From Octopus bimaculoides (Eukaryota), in contig NC_068984.1 of NCBI RefSeq assembly GCF_001194135.2, positions 59,092,323 to 59,156,322 of the forward strand: a DNA stretch of 64,000 bases, in the 5' to 3' direction. Positions 49,854 to 62,671 of this stretch are shown here, piece by piece. The first letter of the stretch is position 1; each line of letters starts with the position of its first letter. Made by a program: the position numbers and the translations under genes. A model generated the notes under the pieces. It was given only the letters and a program-made list of their open reading frames with translations. It was not told where the DNA came from and did not search any database.

Positions 49854-49945
49854 ACAGTGCTTCTCTATCTAAAACAAATGAAATCATTTTATGAAAAAGA
49901 CACTTGTAAACCTGCAGATATCATAAGGTTAAACTTAGTATTTAA

Positions 49946-50337
49946 CCCTATAACATTCAGATTATTCTGTCAAACATAATGCTTATTTATTCACATATTT
50001 TTTAGAATTAATCATGTATTATCTCATAGCTTCAAGATTTCAACAATGTGATTGTTTAGTTTTAGAATGACATTGTAGGGTAGGTGTGAGAAGTTAGATT
50101 TGGTCAGTTTTGAACATTAAATAGGTAGAATATCATGCCCAGATATGGTTGATTTGATGGCTAAAGGGTTAGACAGGCTAAATCCAGCCTCTTACACCTA
50201 CCCTACAATGTCATTCTAAAAAATAAACAATCACTTCAGTGAAATCTCAGAGTTATAAGATAATGCATGATTAATTGAAAACAATGTGAATAAATCAGCA
50301 TAACATTTGATAGAGTAATCTGAATACCAAACTGTTA
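49946..50337. mobile_element. TTAA-type MITE (49946-50168) followed by an inverted partial copy (50180-50337)
   Basis: TTAA|CCCTATAAC ... GCTAAAGGG|TTAG; the next ~155 bp are the reverse complement of the first ~155 bp, diverged. Confidence 0.75.
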
Positions 50338-50680
50338 CTCTATAGGTTCCTGATGTAAGACTTTAATAATGGGGGTTGGGGGATATAATCATATTTCTTA
50401 TTCCTTATGTTTCCTCTCTTGTATACCAAAGTTTTGAACAAGAATTTTGCAAATATTTCACATACACACCCACTCGGTAACATTCCTTCCAATGTTCCAA
50501 AGAGAAGAGATGTAAATCACAGAGGAATATGAGTCTCTTCATTTGGTAAGACTTAGACTGATAACAGACCATACTTATCAGCAGTAACCCAGAGTGCCAA
50601 AATTTTTGTCAAGCATTTCATAGTAAAAGTTTTCATTGCCTACCAACTGACAACATGCAGTCAACTCTTTGTGAATATCT

Positions 50681-50990
50681 TTTATCCTTACTTGTTTCAT
50701 TCATTAGACTGTGGACTAGGGACTGCCTTGATAACTTTTAGTCAAATGTATCAACCCAATACTTTTTTTTTTAAGCCTGATACTTATCACAAAGACACAC
50801 ATGCATTGATACACATACACGCATATACAACAGGCTTCTTTCAGTTTCCATCTATCAAATCTACTCATAAGGTTTTGGTTGGTCTGAGGCTATAGTAGAA
50901 GACACTTGCCCAAAGTGTCACACAGTGGGACTGAACCCCAAACCATGTGATTACGAAGCAAGCTTCTTACCACACTGCCATGCCTGTGGC
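50681..50990 (-). mobile_element. SINE-A with internal deletion
   Basis: TACTTGTTTCATTCATTAGACTG ... AGAAGACACTTGCCCAAAGTGTCACACAGTGGGACTGAACC. Confidence 0.88.
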
Positions 50991-51635
50991 TATGTTTAGA
51001 GAAACACACATCTTCAGGCATAGCTAGACCCAGGTAACAAATATGCTAAGTGTTTGGAATTGTTTCCCTGTTTAGAGTAAAGTAAAACATTTCATTGTCT
51101 TTGGAATTGGTGGCTGTCTATATAGTTGAGATATTTTACCAAGCTGAGGTTGTTTTGCCTCCTATATCAGAACATATATTAGTTGCCTTGAATATTTAAC
51201 TAGAGTATTGGGACAGTGCTGATGAGGTCCTTTATTATTTCTAATGAATGAATAAGTAGTAGTAGTAGTAGTAGTAGTAGTAGCAGCAACAGCATCTGCA
51301 GAAGGAGCAGTAGACACGATGTCTAAACCATATGCAGAGAAATTTCTTTGGGTATCTCAGCAAGGTATTCTTTCTACAAGGTGATAAGCTCATTTCATTT
51401 CAAGAAGTTTTTCTCTCAGTTTATTTTTCCCCAATTTTCATGACACTTTGAAAGTTAGATCAATGGTGATGGCATTCTGCTTCAAATCATTTGATGACTT
51501 TCTATAAAGATCATATCAATGACTTTCTAATGAGTCTATCACTTTTTTTCCATTACTAGTTTCAATGTTTACTAGTGTTTCTATTAGCCATGCTACTTCT
51601 GTTCAAAAAAAAAAATATATATATATATATATATA

Positions 51636-51693
51636 NNNNNNNNNNNNNNNNNNNNNNNNNNNNNNNNNNNNNNNNNNNNNNNNNNNNNNNNNN
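51636..51693. other. Assembly gap
   Basis: 58 N within (TA)n. Confidence 1.
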
Positions 51694-52439
51694 ATATATA
51701 TAATTGCTGTGTTAGCAGCATTTCCTGAAGATTTTCTTTTCTCTTTTTGCAATTCTTTTGGATTTTAGAGGTTAATGAGAATTCTGTGGTAGCATAAAAA
51801 TTATTAAAATGTTTAAAAATTTGAGGGTTGGGATGAACAAGGACAATTGTTTACACCTTCAATAAAGAGCAGTTAGAAGTTAGAGTAGTGTGTCTTTACA
51901 GAAAATTGTAGATTTTCAAAGACTTTTGCAAATAGCTGAATTTGAATTGTATGCCAGTTTCTTCAACTTCTGATTTGGTAAAGTTGGACAATTGTTGTGC
52001 TGATGACAATTATTAGGGCAGAAATATGTGCCCACAACTATCCTCTTATCTCCAAACACTAAGCCTGTCCTTTTCCTTGATGGCATGTCAGTTGTGGAGA
52101 AATTCTTGAATCTTAAAATTTTCTCCCCATCTCAAGTGGAATTGGTCATCGTTGCCATTTTGAAATCATGATGCATTCTCTGAAGATAGAGATAATTTTA
52201 TTAAATGAAAAATTTATGTTGTATGGTATTTGATATACCTATATTTGTCTATACTGTTCAAATTCATGCCATTGTCCTCTCTGAGTTATTTTTCATGATT
52301 CAGTTTTGTTTAAATTACTTAAAATATGTCTGGTTACTACTGTATATATATGTATATGCATAGGCGTGTGTGTGTGTGTGCTTATTTTTCACTTTTAAAA
52401 GCAATTCAAGGTATTCATCTTAAAATGAAATTATATAAA

Positions 52440-53650
52440 CCAGGGCACAAAGATGAGTTCCAAATGAGTTTTAAAATGTAGTTATTGTCACCATCTTCAA
52501 AATAGGAGATTGAAAATTTTGTGGATTATCATGGAATACCATTGCTGTCCATTGCAAGTAAAATATTTGTCAGAATCCTTCTAAACTGTCCCCAGATCAT
52601 TGCTACAAAGGTTCTTCCTAAATATCAATGCAGTTTTTATGCCTCTCATGATACAATTGATATAAATTTCTATGCAGAACAACTACAAGAGTAAAGCAGA
52701 AAACAACAGAGACTACACTTTCTTATCTCGTATGATTTAGAATAAACTTTTAGCAATGTACCAAGAGAAACTATATTGATGGTTCTTCAATATTTTGGTT
52801 GTTCAAACCACTTACCTCGCTGGTTCAAGCACTGCATGGCAGTATGTCAGGTTTATTTCTCGCCAAAACCAACTTTCTGAACTGTTCCCAATTATATGGG
52901 GGTTGAAGCAACTTTGCATTCTTGCTCCTGTGCTCTTCTTAAACTTACATCGAATGCTTTCGAACATCAAACAATCCAGGTATTGATGCCAGATACCATT
53001 TTCATGGTGGACTATTTAACATAGCCTTGAGTTCAATATCATTGACTTACTAACATCCAGTGCACCTTGGAGCTTCAACATGCCGATAACAATGCCACTC
53101 TCTGTTACACATAAAAAAGTCCAACAATCAGTCAACAACTTTACCTGTGTATATGATCACTTTGGCCTCATAGCAAATATCAAGAGCTAAAGTCCTTTCC
53201 CAACCTAGCGTAAAAACCAGTCTCCCTAATTTCAACATTACCATCTCTGATACATCTTGCAAACAAGTTAGCCACTCTCTTTAACTTATTCTTTCCCACA
53301 AATGTACCACAGAAAAAATTATGTAACACAGAATTGTATCTGTCAATTTAGCATTTGGAAAACCAGCAAAATAGGTCTTTAAGAATAAAGATCAAACCCA
53401 AAAAACAAAGCTGATGGTCTATCAAGTTGTTATCATCTCAACATTAATTATATGGTTGAGAGATACAAAGACTTTATCAACAGGACCTTGGTAGCATTTC
53501 CAGCAGCATAAGCTCTGTGTCATCTTAAACAGCTAATGGAAGGACTACATAACTAATAATGCTGTCCTACAAAAATCCAAAAGTTGAAGCATAGAATCCA
53601 ACATAATGAAACAGTGGCTATGATGCTTGCTAAACTGGGAGATTATTAGC
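52440..53650 (+). mobile_element. RTE-clade (BovB/RTE-1-like) LINE RT region, heavily decayed
   Basis: Across frameshifts: IVTIFK.GD, LLSIASKIFVRILL, EQLQE, G.KQ.CILAPVLF, YDHFGL..NIK, KTKLMVYQVVIISTL, WKDYITNNAVL. Confidence 0.8.
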
Positions 53651-53914
53651 GTACTTGGACACAAGTGGGAAGGGTTGACATCTAGCTATAGAAAACACTA
53701 GCGCAACATAGTCTTATCTGACCTATGGAAACATGGGAAACTAGATATTAAACAAAGTTGATAATGATGATGACAATGTGATTGTGTGTGTGTGTATGTG
53801 TGTGGACACGCATGTGTGCGTGTACGTGTGTGTGTGTAGACACGCGTGTGTGCATGTATGTGTGTGTGTGTGTGTGTGCATATAAGTATGTAGGTAATAT
53901 ATATATATATATAT

Positions 53915-54345
53915 ATCTTCTTTTAGTTCATACGTTTTTTTCCGTGTAACAGTGTCACACACACATACTCTTACATACACTTCTGTCACACCCTTCACAT
54001 TCTTCATGCTTTCCTTTTACTTTGCACTTGTGCTCACTCCCACTTCTTCACATTCACACTCACCTCACACATATTCTACTTATACATACACACCCACCAC
54101 TTCTCCCTTAACTTTCTCACCCATTTTTCTTTTTTTTCATTTTTTCACCAGCTGTTTCTCTCTCTCTCTCTCACTTGTCCTATGCTTTTCTTCCTGATGA
54201 CACACTAACAGCTGAAACATTAAAACCCTTAAGGAATATATTTGTAAACACTCTTCTTACTGATATAGATCTCGGTTTTATAACTCTAGTTATCTGGATT
54301 TAAATCAACTCTCTCCTTTAATTGAACATATCTATTTTTTCTAAA
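53915..54345 (+). mobile_element. Possible Penelope-type pseudo-LTR/3' fragment with hammerhead-like motif
   Basis: After (TA)n, a ~250 nt C/T/CA-rich tract then CTGATGA-N13-GAAAC-AT-T (54194-54221); same layout as the PLE 3' region at 12589-13140. Confidence 0.4.
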
Positions 54346-55320
54346 CATCCTTCCCTGGATTGTTGCATGTGATTTCTCACAGATCAATACACGTGTCATT
54401 TGCACATGAATGTCTGATGAAATGGTCTGGTTATGTAATAATATGATGTAATATATTATTAAGCAAATAAATAACCACTTTATGGAAATGTTCATAACAA
54501 TATCTCTACTCAGATTCTCTTATTATATTTTACACTTTAAGTGTGCAGTGCATTGTGGTTACATACAGTAGATTTACTGAGCACTTAATATAAACTAACT
54601 AGTTAGTAATTTGTTTTTAATGGTTGAACTCCAAGTAGATGAAGTTATAAAATAATAGCATAAAATATTGGGTCAAAAAATCCTTTGGATGGAAAAAAGT
54701 CAAAGGCTAACCATGGGAAAGTAGTTAATATTACATTGTTTGTTTTATTGACTGGTTGGTGGATACTAAGTATCATTGATATTCCTCCATATTCCCTGTT
54801 AGCCAATTACACACTGGAATTTGAGTTAATTGCCTGAATTGTAGTTTAACCACAGAGCTCTCTTTGCAGATCTGACTGAAGAACAACCTCATCAGTTTCA
54901 CCTATTTTTACAGGCTCATTAGATGTGTTTATTTTGTCTTCACCCATTCTATGGAGAGAGAGAGAGTTGATAGCTTCTTATGAAAAGTATGATGAACAAC
55001 AGGGACTGTCTGTGCTCATTTACATATCAGTGCATTTGTTGGCAACTAAATACCCCCAGTAAGCTTATAAATAATGAATGGAATTAGTTCTATTGTTCTC
55101 AGTCTGTTCTGCCAAGGAAACCCTGTGGTTTAATCCCAGGTTCTATTTGCACAAGGAAACTAAATGTATGTTTGTTAAACATACATGCATGTAAATTAAT
55201 ATATAAACTTATGCACAAGCACACTGTTTCAGTACTTTAGTTAATTAATATATTATAAATCACATAAAGTTAATTCTTTCTTGTATTCTAAGGATCCTTT
55301 TATAAATTCAAAAAAAAAAA

Positions 55321-55352
<32 letters not shown>

Positions 55353-55357
55353 CCTTT

Positions 55358-55367
55358 NNNNNNNNNN
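55358..55367. other. Assembly gap
   Basis: 10 N within (CT)n. Confidence 1.
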
Positions 55368-56034
55368 CATCCCCCCACTCTCTCTCTCTCATCCCCCCCC
55401 TCTCTCTCTTTGTGAAATGAAAAAATTATGCACAGAAATGGAAATGAATAGTGAAGAAAGAATAGAGGCCAAATGGGACTTGAACTTACATTTGCACAAT
55501 AATGCCACAGTATATGCTATCAGTTGTTCTCCAATTTTCAGTCTCATTTATAACCTTATAAACTTATTGCCATATAACTAGAAATATTCCATTTTCTTCA
55601 ACATAGCCTCCAACATTCTCTTTATGATGATGTTAATCAGATAATTTGCATATGAAAAACAATTTTTTTTTGTGTGTGTGTTCGGTTTTGTTTGACAACC
55701 CAGCTGTGAATAATTTTTGTACAGTTTCATTAAGGAACTGTTTCTGTTTTAAATTAAATTAAAGTTATGGCTAGCCAAGAATTGAATGACAAATATACAT
55801 TTTAAACTAAGTGACAATTAGGATTCAAAGAATATAAGAACACGAGCACTTGGGTGCTTAAAATGTGAGCATGCATTTCTATTGTGTTAAGCATACTTTT
55901 CACTTTTTATTTCTTTCTCAATTCATTGTGACGACACCTCTCACTTAAATATATATTTTACAAATTCTGGTAAGATTATGTTTTGTACCTTTCATGAGCT
56001 TTCAGAAGGGAATTTTCAGAATTTGTTGTTTACT

Positions 56035-56185
56035 AAGTCAGCCCTAATCAAAAAGCCTCATGATCAGAAACATCCTAGATGTGACTGTCTTGTCTTATTT
56101 TAAAGGACTATATTGTCCAATCTGCTACTCTTTGTGATTTAAGATGGTAATTTGACTGCTATTTCTAGCAAGTTCACTTACCACA
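56035..56185 (-). repeat. Family D
   Basis: CAGCCCTAATC...GACTGCTATTTCTAGCAAG. Confidence 0.55.
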
Positions 56186-56195
56186 TAAATACCTA

Positions 56196-56353
56196 CATTT
56201 TTGGCTTTACTCACCCGTGCTCTTTCCCAAATTTGCATCATAACACCCTCAAGAGTTTCAGACCCCACTTCTCTGATTTCTCTATTGATGTTCTTCAGTT
56301 GCACCAGGGTCTCTGGTTTGTTGATGTAAACCCTCTCTTTCAGACATTCCCAC
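56196..56353 (-). mobile_element. rosa (DD41D) transposase 3' fragment
   Basis: Homologous to 48465-48625 (LKERVYINKPET...REIREVGSETLEGVM). Confidence 0.85.
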
Positions 56354-56562
56354 TACATCACAAATGAAATTTTGGAATTGAGACTTACGTTGTTGACCTT
56401 CAGGAAAGTGTAATCCTATATTCTGCAAGAATCCTAAGAAAAATTCTTGAGATTCAAAGAAACTTGTTGTCACCAAACCTCAAGATAACATCCCTGCTAA
56501 TTAAATTATCCTGTAATATCTTTGGAGCAAAAACAACATCAGCAATAATGTTATTGTTGTTG

Positions 56563-56606
<44 letters not shown>

Positions 56607-56947
56607 TTAACTCAGATTGTGTTGGAACTCCTGGAATCTTGCATGCATAGCATGCTTGCTACTGGCAACCTACAGTTCCATGCTGTCTATTCTTTTCAAC
56701 TATCTAATACTTTCCTGATGATTCTGGTCATGCCAAAGGAGGCAATCCTTTTGTAACAGCTCTACTGAGCACTCTGTTCCCATTTCCTTTATATTCCTCC
56801 TGGTGCCTTCTGACACTGTCACCAAAGATCCAACAATGATTGGCACTATCTTCACCTTCTTCATTTTCTGTCGTCATGCCATCTCATATTTAAGCATATT
56901 GTATATATCTACTTTGTTGTTGTTGTCATTATTATTATTATTATTGT

Positions 56948-57175
56948 TAAGGTGGCAAGGTGGCAGAAAAGTCTGCATACCAGGCAAAATGCTTAGTGGC
57001 ATTTCATCCATCTTTACATACTGAGTTCAAATTCCCTCGGGGTCAACTTTGTCTTTTATCTTTCAGGAGTCAATAAATTAAGTATAAGTGTAACACTTGG
57101 GTCACTGCAATCAACTGGTCCCCCACCAAAAAAAAAATTTCAGGCCTTGTGTCTTTAGTAGAATGGATTGTTATT
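56948..57175 (+). mobile_element. SINE-B
   Basis: TAAGGTGGCAAGGTGGCAGAA head, GAGTTCAAATT, TTTCAGGCCTTGTGTCTTTAGTAGAATGGATT tail. Confidence 0.85.
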
Positions 57176-57199
57176 ATTATTGTTACTGTAATTATTATG

Positions 57200-57411
57200 T
57201 AAGGCAGTTAGCTGGTAGAATCATTAGTACACCAGGTAAAATGCTTAGTGGTATTGTATTCATCTTTATGTTCTGAGTTCAAATTTTGCAGAGGTCGACT
57301 TTGCCATTCACTTTCAGGGTTGATAAAGTAAGTACCAGTCAAGCACTGGGGTTGATGTAATCAACTTACACCCTCCCCTGAAATTGCTGGCCTTGTGCCA
57401 AAATTTCAAAC

Positions 57412-57492
<81 letters not shown>
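57200..57492 (+). mobile_element. SINE-B with long (ATT)n tail
   Basis: TAAGGCAGTTAGCTGGTAGAATC head; (ATT)n at ~57412-57492. Confidence 0.88.
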
Positions 57493-57493
<1 letters not shown>

Positions 57494-57499
57494 TAATAT

Positions 57500-58500
57500 T
57501 TGTAGTAAGACAGATTTGTGAGAAGTTTTTGACAAAAAGGAGGGAAGTGTATTGGGCTTGTATGGACCTAGAGAAGGCATTTGACCAAGTGGATAGGGAT
57601 GCAATGTGAAAGGTGTTGTGGTTGTATGGAATAGATGGTAGATTGTTGAGAGCTGTTCAGAGTGCATTAGGGTTGGTGGTGAAGGTGGGGTTAAGACATG
57701 GTTGTGTGATGTCTCTGTGGCTGTTTAATTTATATATGGATGGTGTGGCGAGAGAAGTAAATGCTAGAACACTTAATAGGGGAGCCCAAATGGTGGGAGA
57801 GAAATGGCAGGTGAGTCAGTTGTTGTTTGCTGATGGTACAGCACTGGTGGCAGATTCGATAGAGCAACTGAGGAGACTGGTGATTGAGTTTGGATGAGTG
57901 TATGAGAGGAGGAAACTGAAAGTGAATATAGCTAAGAGTAAGGTGATGAGATGTTCAAGAGATAGAATGGCTGGTAGGATGGATGTGAGTATAAATGGTG
58001 AGATGTTAGGGGAGGTGAATGTTTTTATGTATATGGGATCACATGTGACGGTGGATGGGGGTTGGGCTGAGGAAGTGGGATATAGAGTGAGGGAGGGGAA
58101 TAAGATACTTGGAGTTGTGAGAGGTATGCTGAGAGATAAAAGGTTGAGTATGAAAGCAAAAAGAGGTGTGTATGTGGATGTGATTGTGATGACAATGTTA
58201 TATGGTACAAAGATGTGAGGGCTGAGAAAGGCATAAAGGAGGTGACTAGATGTGTCTGAGAGCTATGGTTGGTGTGATACAGATGAGAGAAAAACTAACA
58301 ACCAAATTGAATAGACGAATGTTGAAGTGGTTTGGCCACATAGAGAGGATGGATGAGGAGTGGATGGTAAGGAGGGTGATGAAGGCTGAAGTTGTAGGCA
58401 GCAGAACCAGAGGCAGACCTTGATTTGTGTGGATGGATGGAATGGGGAAAGCTTTGGGGGTTAGAGTTGTTGGAATGAGAGGCAAGAGAGTTTATAAATG
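57500..58500 (+). mobile_element. RTE-clade LINE RT and C-terminal fragment (distinct lineage)
   Basis: MDLEKAFDQVDRDAM, VKVGLRHGCVMSLWLFNLYMDGV, SQLLFADGTALVA, RRKLKVNIAKSKVM, LKWFGHIERM, GRP; internal deletions and a few stops. The 3' UTR may run to ~58730. Confidence 0.92.
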
Positions 58501-59070
58501 ATAGGAAAGCTTGGAGAGTGTTTGTGGATATATGAGTGAATTTTGTTGTTGCCCAAAGGGGTACAGAACCAGCATGATGTGGTGGGGGTAAACCAGCGTA
58601 TGCTGTTGGGCCCCACTGCTGATATTTGGGGTTGCATTCTATGCCTTGATCTAAGCATAGAATGGGGCTCACCATCAGCAGCTGACATGATTTCTTTGAG
58701 TGCAGATCCATGACCTCTCAAGACCAACAGATGCCTATTACTACTACTACTACTCCTACTATTATTATTATTATTATTATTATTATCATTATGATTATTA
58801 TTAATAATAATATTATCATTATACCCAGAAACTTGCTAGTCTATTGGTTCCTGTCATTGCTAGATGGGAGTTGTTCGCTCCCTTGTTTGCAATATAATGG
58901 ACATAGATAGAACGTCATCAACCAGCTGGAGGAGATGTCCTCTTGGGGTTAAAAAGAGTAATAACAATGTTCTGTATAGAACAACCATGTTGAGATAGTA
59001 ACGAGTGTTACTTTTCAGTACAGTTGCTACATGCATCTTGTATATAGATTTTAGAACTAGCTACTTTGCT

Positions 59071-59144
<74 letters not shown>

Positions 59145-59147
<3 letters not shown>

Positions 59148-59327
59148 GTGTCACATAAAAAGCACCCAGTCTACTCTGTAACATGGTTGGCATTAGGAAG
59201 GACATCCAACTGTAAAAACTATACCAAAACAGACAGTGGAGCCTGGTGCAGTCCTCTGGCTTGCCAGCTCCTGTCAAACCATGCAACCAGCATGAAAGAT
59301 GGATGCTCAATGGTGATGATGATAATG
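59145..59327 (+). mobile_element. RTE-type 3' tail (family F), older
   Basis: CACATAAAAAGCACCC...GGCATTAGGAAGGACATCC...CAGCATGAAAGATGGATG, (GAT) tail. Confidence 0.8.
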
Positions 59328-59711
59328 CGTGTGTGTGTGCGTGTGTATGTATGTAGATATGTACACATATACACACACAAACATTTGTTTATGTCTGATG
59401 AGGAGGATGGTGGTGCTGACGGTATTGTATTGTTTGAAGGAACTGTCTATTATTTAGTAAAGTGAGAAGCAACATTGATTGATAAAGTTACTATTCATTA
59501 CAGTTGTGTATATTACAGTGTATATGTGATGATACTAGTCCAGCTCCTTTTACATTTACACACACACATTTACAAAGATTGTATATTATTAGATATCAAT
59601 TTTTCTTTTTATTATTGTATATTTTTGACATGATTGGTCACTGGTACTCTACTTTGATGTAGATCAATAATCCAATGATTTGGAGATGTACAATGAAAGA
59701 CATTGATGCCT

Positions 59712-59934
59712 AATATTGGTCTCAAATTTTGGCACATGGCCAGCAGTTTCGTGGGGAGTGGGTTAGTCAATTACACCAACCCCACTGTTCAACTGGTACT
59801 TATTTTATCAATCCCTGAAAGGATGAAAGACAAAGTTGACCTCGGTGGAATTTGAACTCAGACCATAAAGACAGACGAAATGCTGCTAAGCATTTTTCCC
59901 AATGTGGTAGCAATTTTGTGAGCTGGCTGCCTTA
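59712..59934 (-). mobile_element. SINE-B
   Basis: GGATGAAAGACAAAGTTGACCTCGGTGGAATTTGAACTCAG. Confidence 0.88.
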
Positions 59935-60959
59935 TTGAAGCCTAGTGATAATAGATATCATTATTACAAAATGAAAACAAACTAACAAGTGAATATAACT
60001 ATGCATGTGCATTGATTTTAGTGGCTGCAATGACTCTACCATTCTGCAATTATATACAGGCTTATATACATACATGATAATACAAGCCACTTAGTTGTGT
60101 ATTTATATATGTTTATATTCACATAGATCTATATCCATGTATAAGCATACACTACTATAATACATACACATTAATATCTACAATTGTATTTTTAGTTTTA
60201 TTTATTTCCTTGACATCAGAAGAATCTATATTTATATTATAGTTATTGGAAATTTTAGAAAAAAATAGCTGAAACATTTAGCAAATTTAATCATGATAAG
60301 TTAAACTTAGAACATCAAGATGCTAATTTTAATTAGGAAAATGTCAATGATTCGATTTATGATTTTTCTTTTTGTCTTTTTTATTCTATTTTGTTGTCCT
60401 CCTTCCTCGTCTTCTTCAGTTCTTTATCTGTTGCAAGTAGTTACCTGTAAAAATCTACTTACGTAAATGTAAATACATAAACAGAATTAAACAAATTGAT
60501 GTTCTTGGTTTGTTCATTTTCTCTTCATACATTCCAAAGCATTTTGATAATATTTAGAATATTTAGAAATCTTGACATGTTGTATAGTAAACATTGTTGA
60601 GCCCCTAATGTGCCATGTCTATATAATGTGGCATCAAACCTAATTTGTTCTAGTTTCACTCGTCACATTTCTGAACATCACTGCATCTCATTTTCTCTCT
60701 TCTCTGTAAACAGAAAGATTTCTGACTACCTAAGAAATCACTATTTGTAAATTGTTGTCTTACATTTATCAACAACAAAGGGCGATTTTCCTCTCTTTTT
60801 TCTCTTATATTTCCTTTCAATTTCAACAAATTGAGGAAATTAGATGTCCTTTTATGAAATAAAAGTGAATGGTGAGTACAAAGATGAAATATGAAAAATT
60901 AAGTCAGGTATAGCTCTAATGATCCCACCTGTCTATACAACCAACCAGCAAGAGAGCAT

Positions 60960-61075
60960 TTACATGGTAGCTCAGCTGGCTGGAAATAGCAGCCAAATCT
61001 CCCTCGGTTCACACTACACAATTTTAAATAAGGAAATAGCAGTCCTATATTACCTAAAAAGACAGGATATGGTCA
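60960..61075 (+). repeat. Family D fragment
   Basis: CTGGAAATAGCAGCCAAATCTCCCTC. Confidence 0.65.
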
Positions 61076-61330
61076 ACAATAACCAACAATGGATTGGTCA
61101 GTGAATGTATCTTTTGATACATTGCAACATTCGTTGCAATGGAATCACATGACAACGACTGTGGGATCCTTAACACCTTCTTTTATTCTACATAACAGAA
61201 TTAGATACAGTCAATGTCAGATTTGTTAAATAAGCAATAATTTCTTAACATTTTCGTTCAGTTTAATCCTTATTCAAGTTTTCAATCTTAAAAAAATACA
61301 TTAACTTAATGTAGAAAATCTCCTCTCTCT

Positions 61331-61361
<31 letters not shown>

Positions 61362-62192
61362 CAAATATTCTATTGCCATGTAATTACATCTTTCCCTCTA
61401 CAAATAAATAATATATATAAACACAAATTTATATATATACACACACACACATGTGTATATTATTATTTATTCTCATCTAATTACATTCCTCCCCCTCTCT
61501 TTGTACAGGTATTTGTGTGTGTATTCAAGCAAATGCTGAGTGCATACACACACACACACACATCTGTAAACATACACACATTGATGATATATGGTGACAC
61601 AACCTTTCTTATATTACATACACATGCAGGTGTCTTTCTCTTTTTCAAATATTTGGATGAAACATTTATCTCGATATTTCTCTAAAGATTCACTCTCTGC
61701 CACCAGTCAGCTGTCTGTCTCTCCTCCAACCACATTCACTATATTTTCATCCTATTCAGCAGGCATCATCCTCCATACTGCTAGCTTCTTCATCCATCGA
61801 ATCCAACAGCCAGTCCTATGTAAACATTGTCAAGATCAAAGACAATTTTATTATTGCATCTATTGTCTCAATTTAAGGAAAAAAATAATAAATTTTACAT
61901 GAGAATCAGTTTCTACTAATTACTATTGACATTTGTTTTACAAACAAGCAAGCATTATTTATCTGTTGTTGTTCAGTCCCTATTTTATAACTGGTATAGT
62001 AAACCTTTAACCAAAGATGTTTACACTCTGATTATCACATTTTTTGTGGGAGTTTTTTTTAAGGAATATTTAGGACTATGCAGCTATTGTATTCTTTCTT
62101 TTTAAAATATAGCAGTGTGATTTAAGTGCTATTTTTAAAAGTGGCGGTGCAGCTGCATTCAGATTTCCTTATTTGCTCTACATGCATTACTT

Positions 62193-62238
<46 letters not shown>

Positions 62239-62287
62239 GGTTGTGTGTTTGTGTTTGATTATGTATTTGTTTGATAGAGTGTATATA

Positions 62288-62326
<39 letters not shown>

Positions 62327-62336
62327 TGATATATAT

Positions 62337-62671
62337 NNNNNNNNNNNNNNNNNNNNNNNNNNNNNNNNNNNNNNNNNNNNNNNNNNNNNNNNNNNNNNNN
62401 NNNNNNNNNNNNNNNNNNNNNNNNNNNNNNNNNNNNNNNNNNNNNNNNNNNNNNNNNNNNNNNNNNNNNNNNNNNNNNNNNNNNNNNNNNNNNNNNNNNN
62501 NNNNNNNNNNNNNNNNNNNNNNNNNNNNNNNNNNNNNNNNNNNNNNNNNNNNNNNNNNNNNNNNNNNNNNNNNNNNNNNNNNNNNNNNNNNNNNNNNNNN
62601 NNNNNNNNNNNNNNNNNNNNNNNNNNNNNNNNNNNNNNNNNNNNNNNNNNNNNNNNNNNNNNNNNNNNNNN
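62337..62671. other. Assembly gap
   Basis: 335 N within (TA)n. Confidence 1.
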
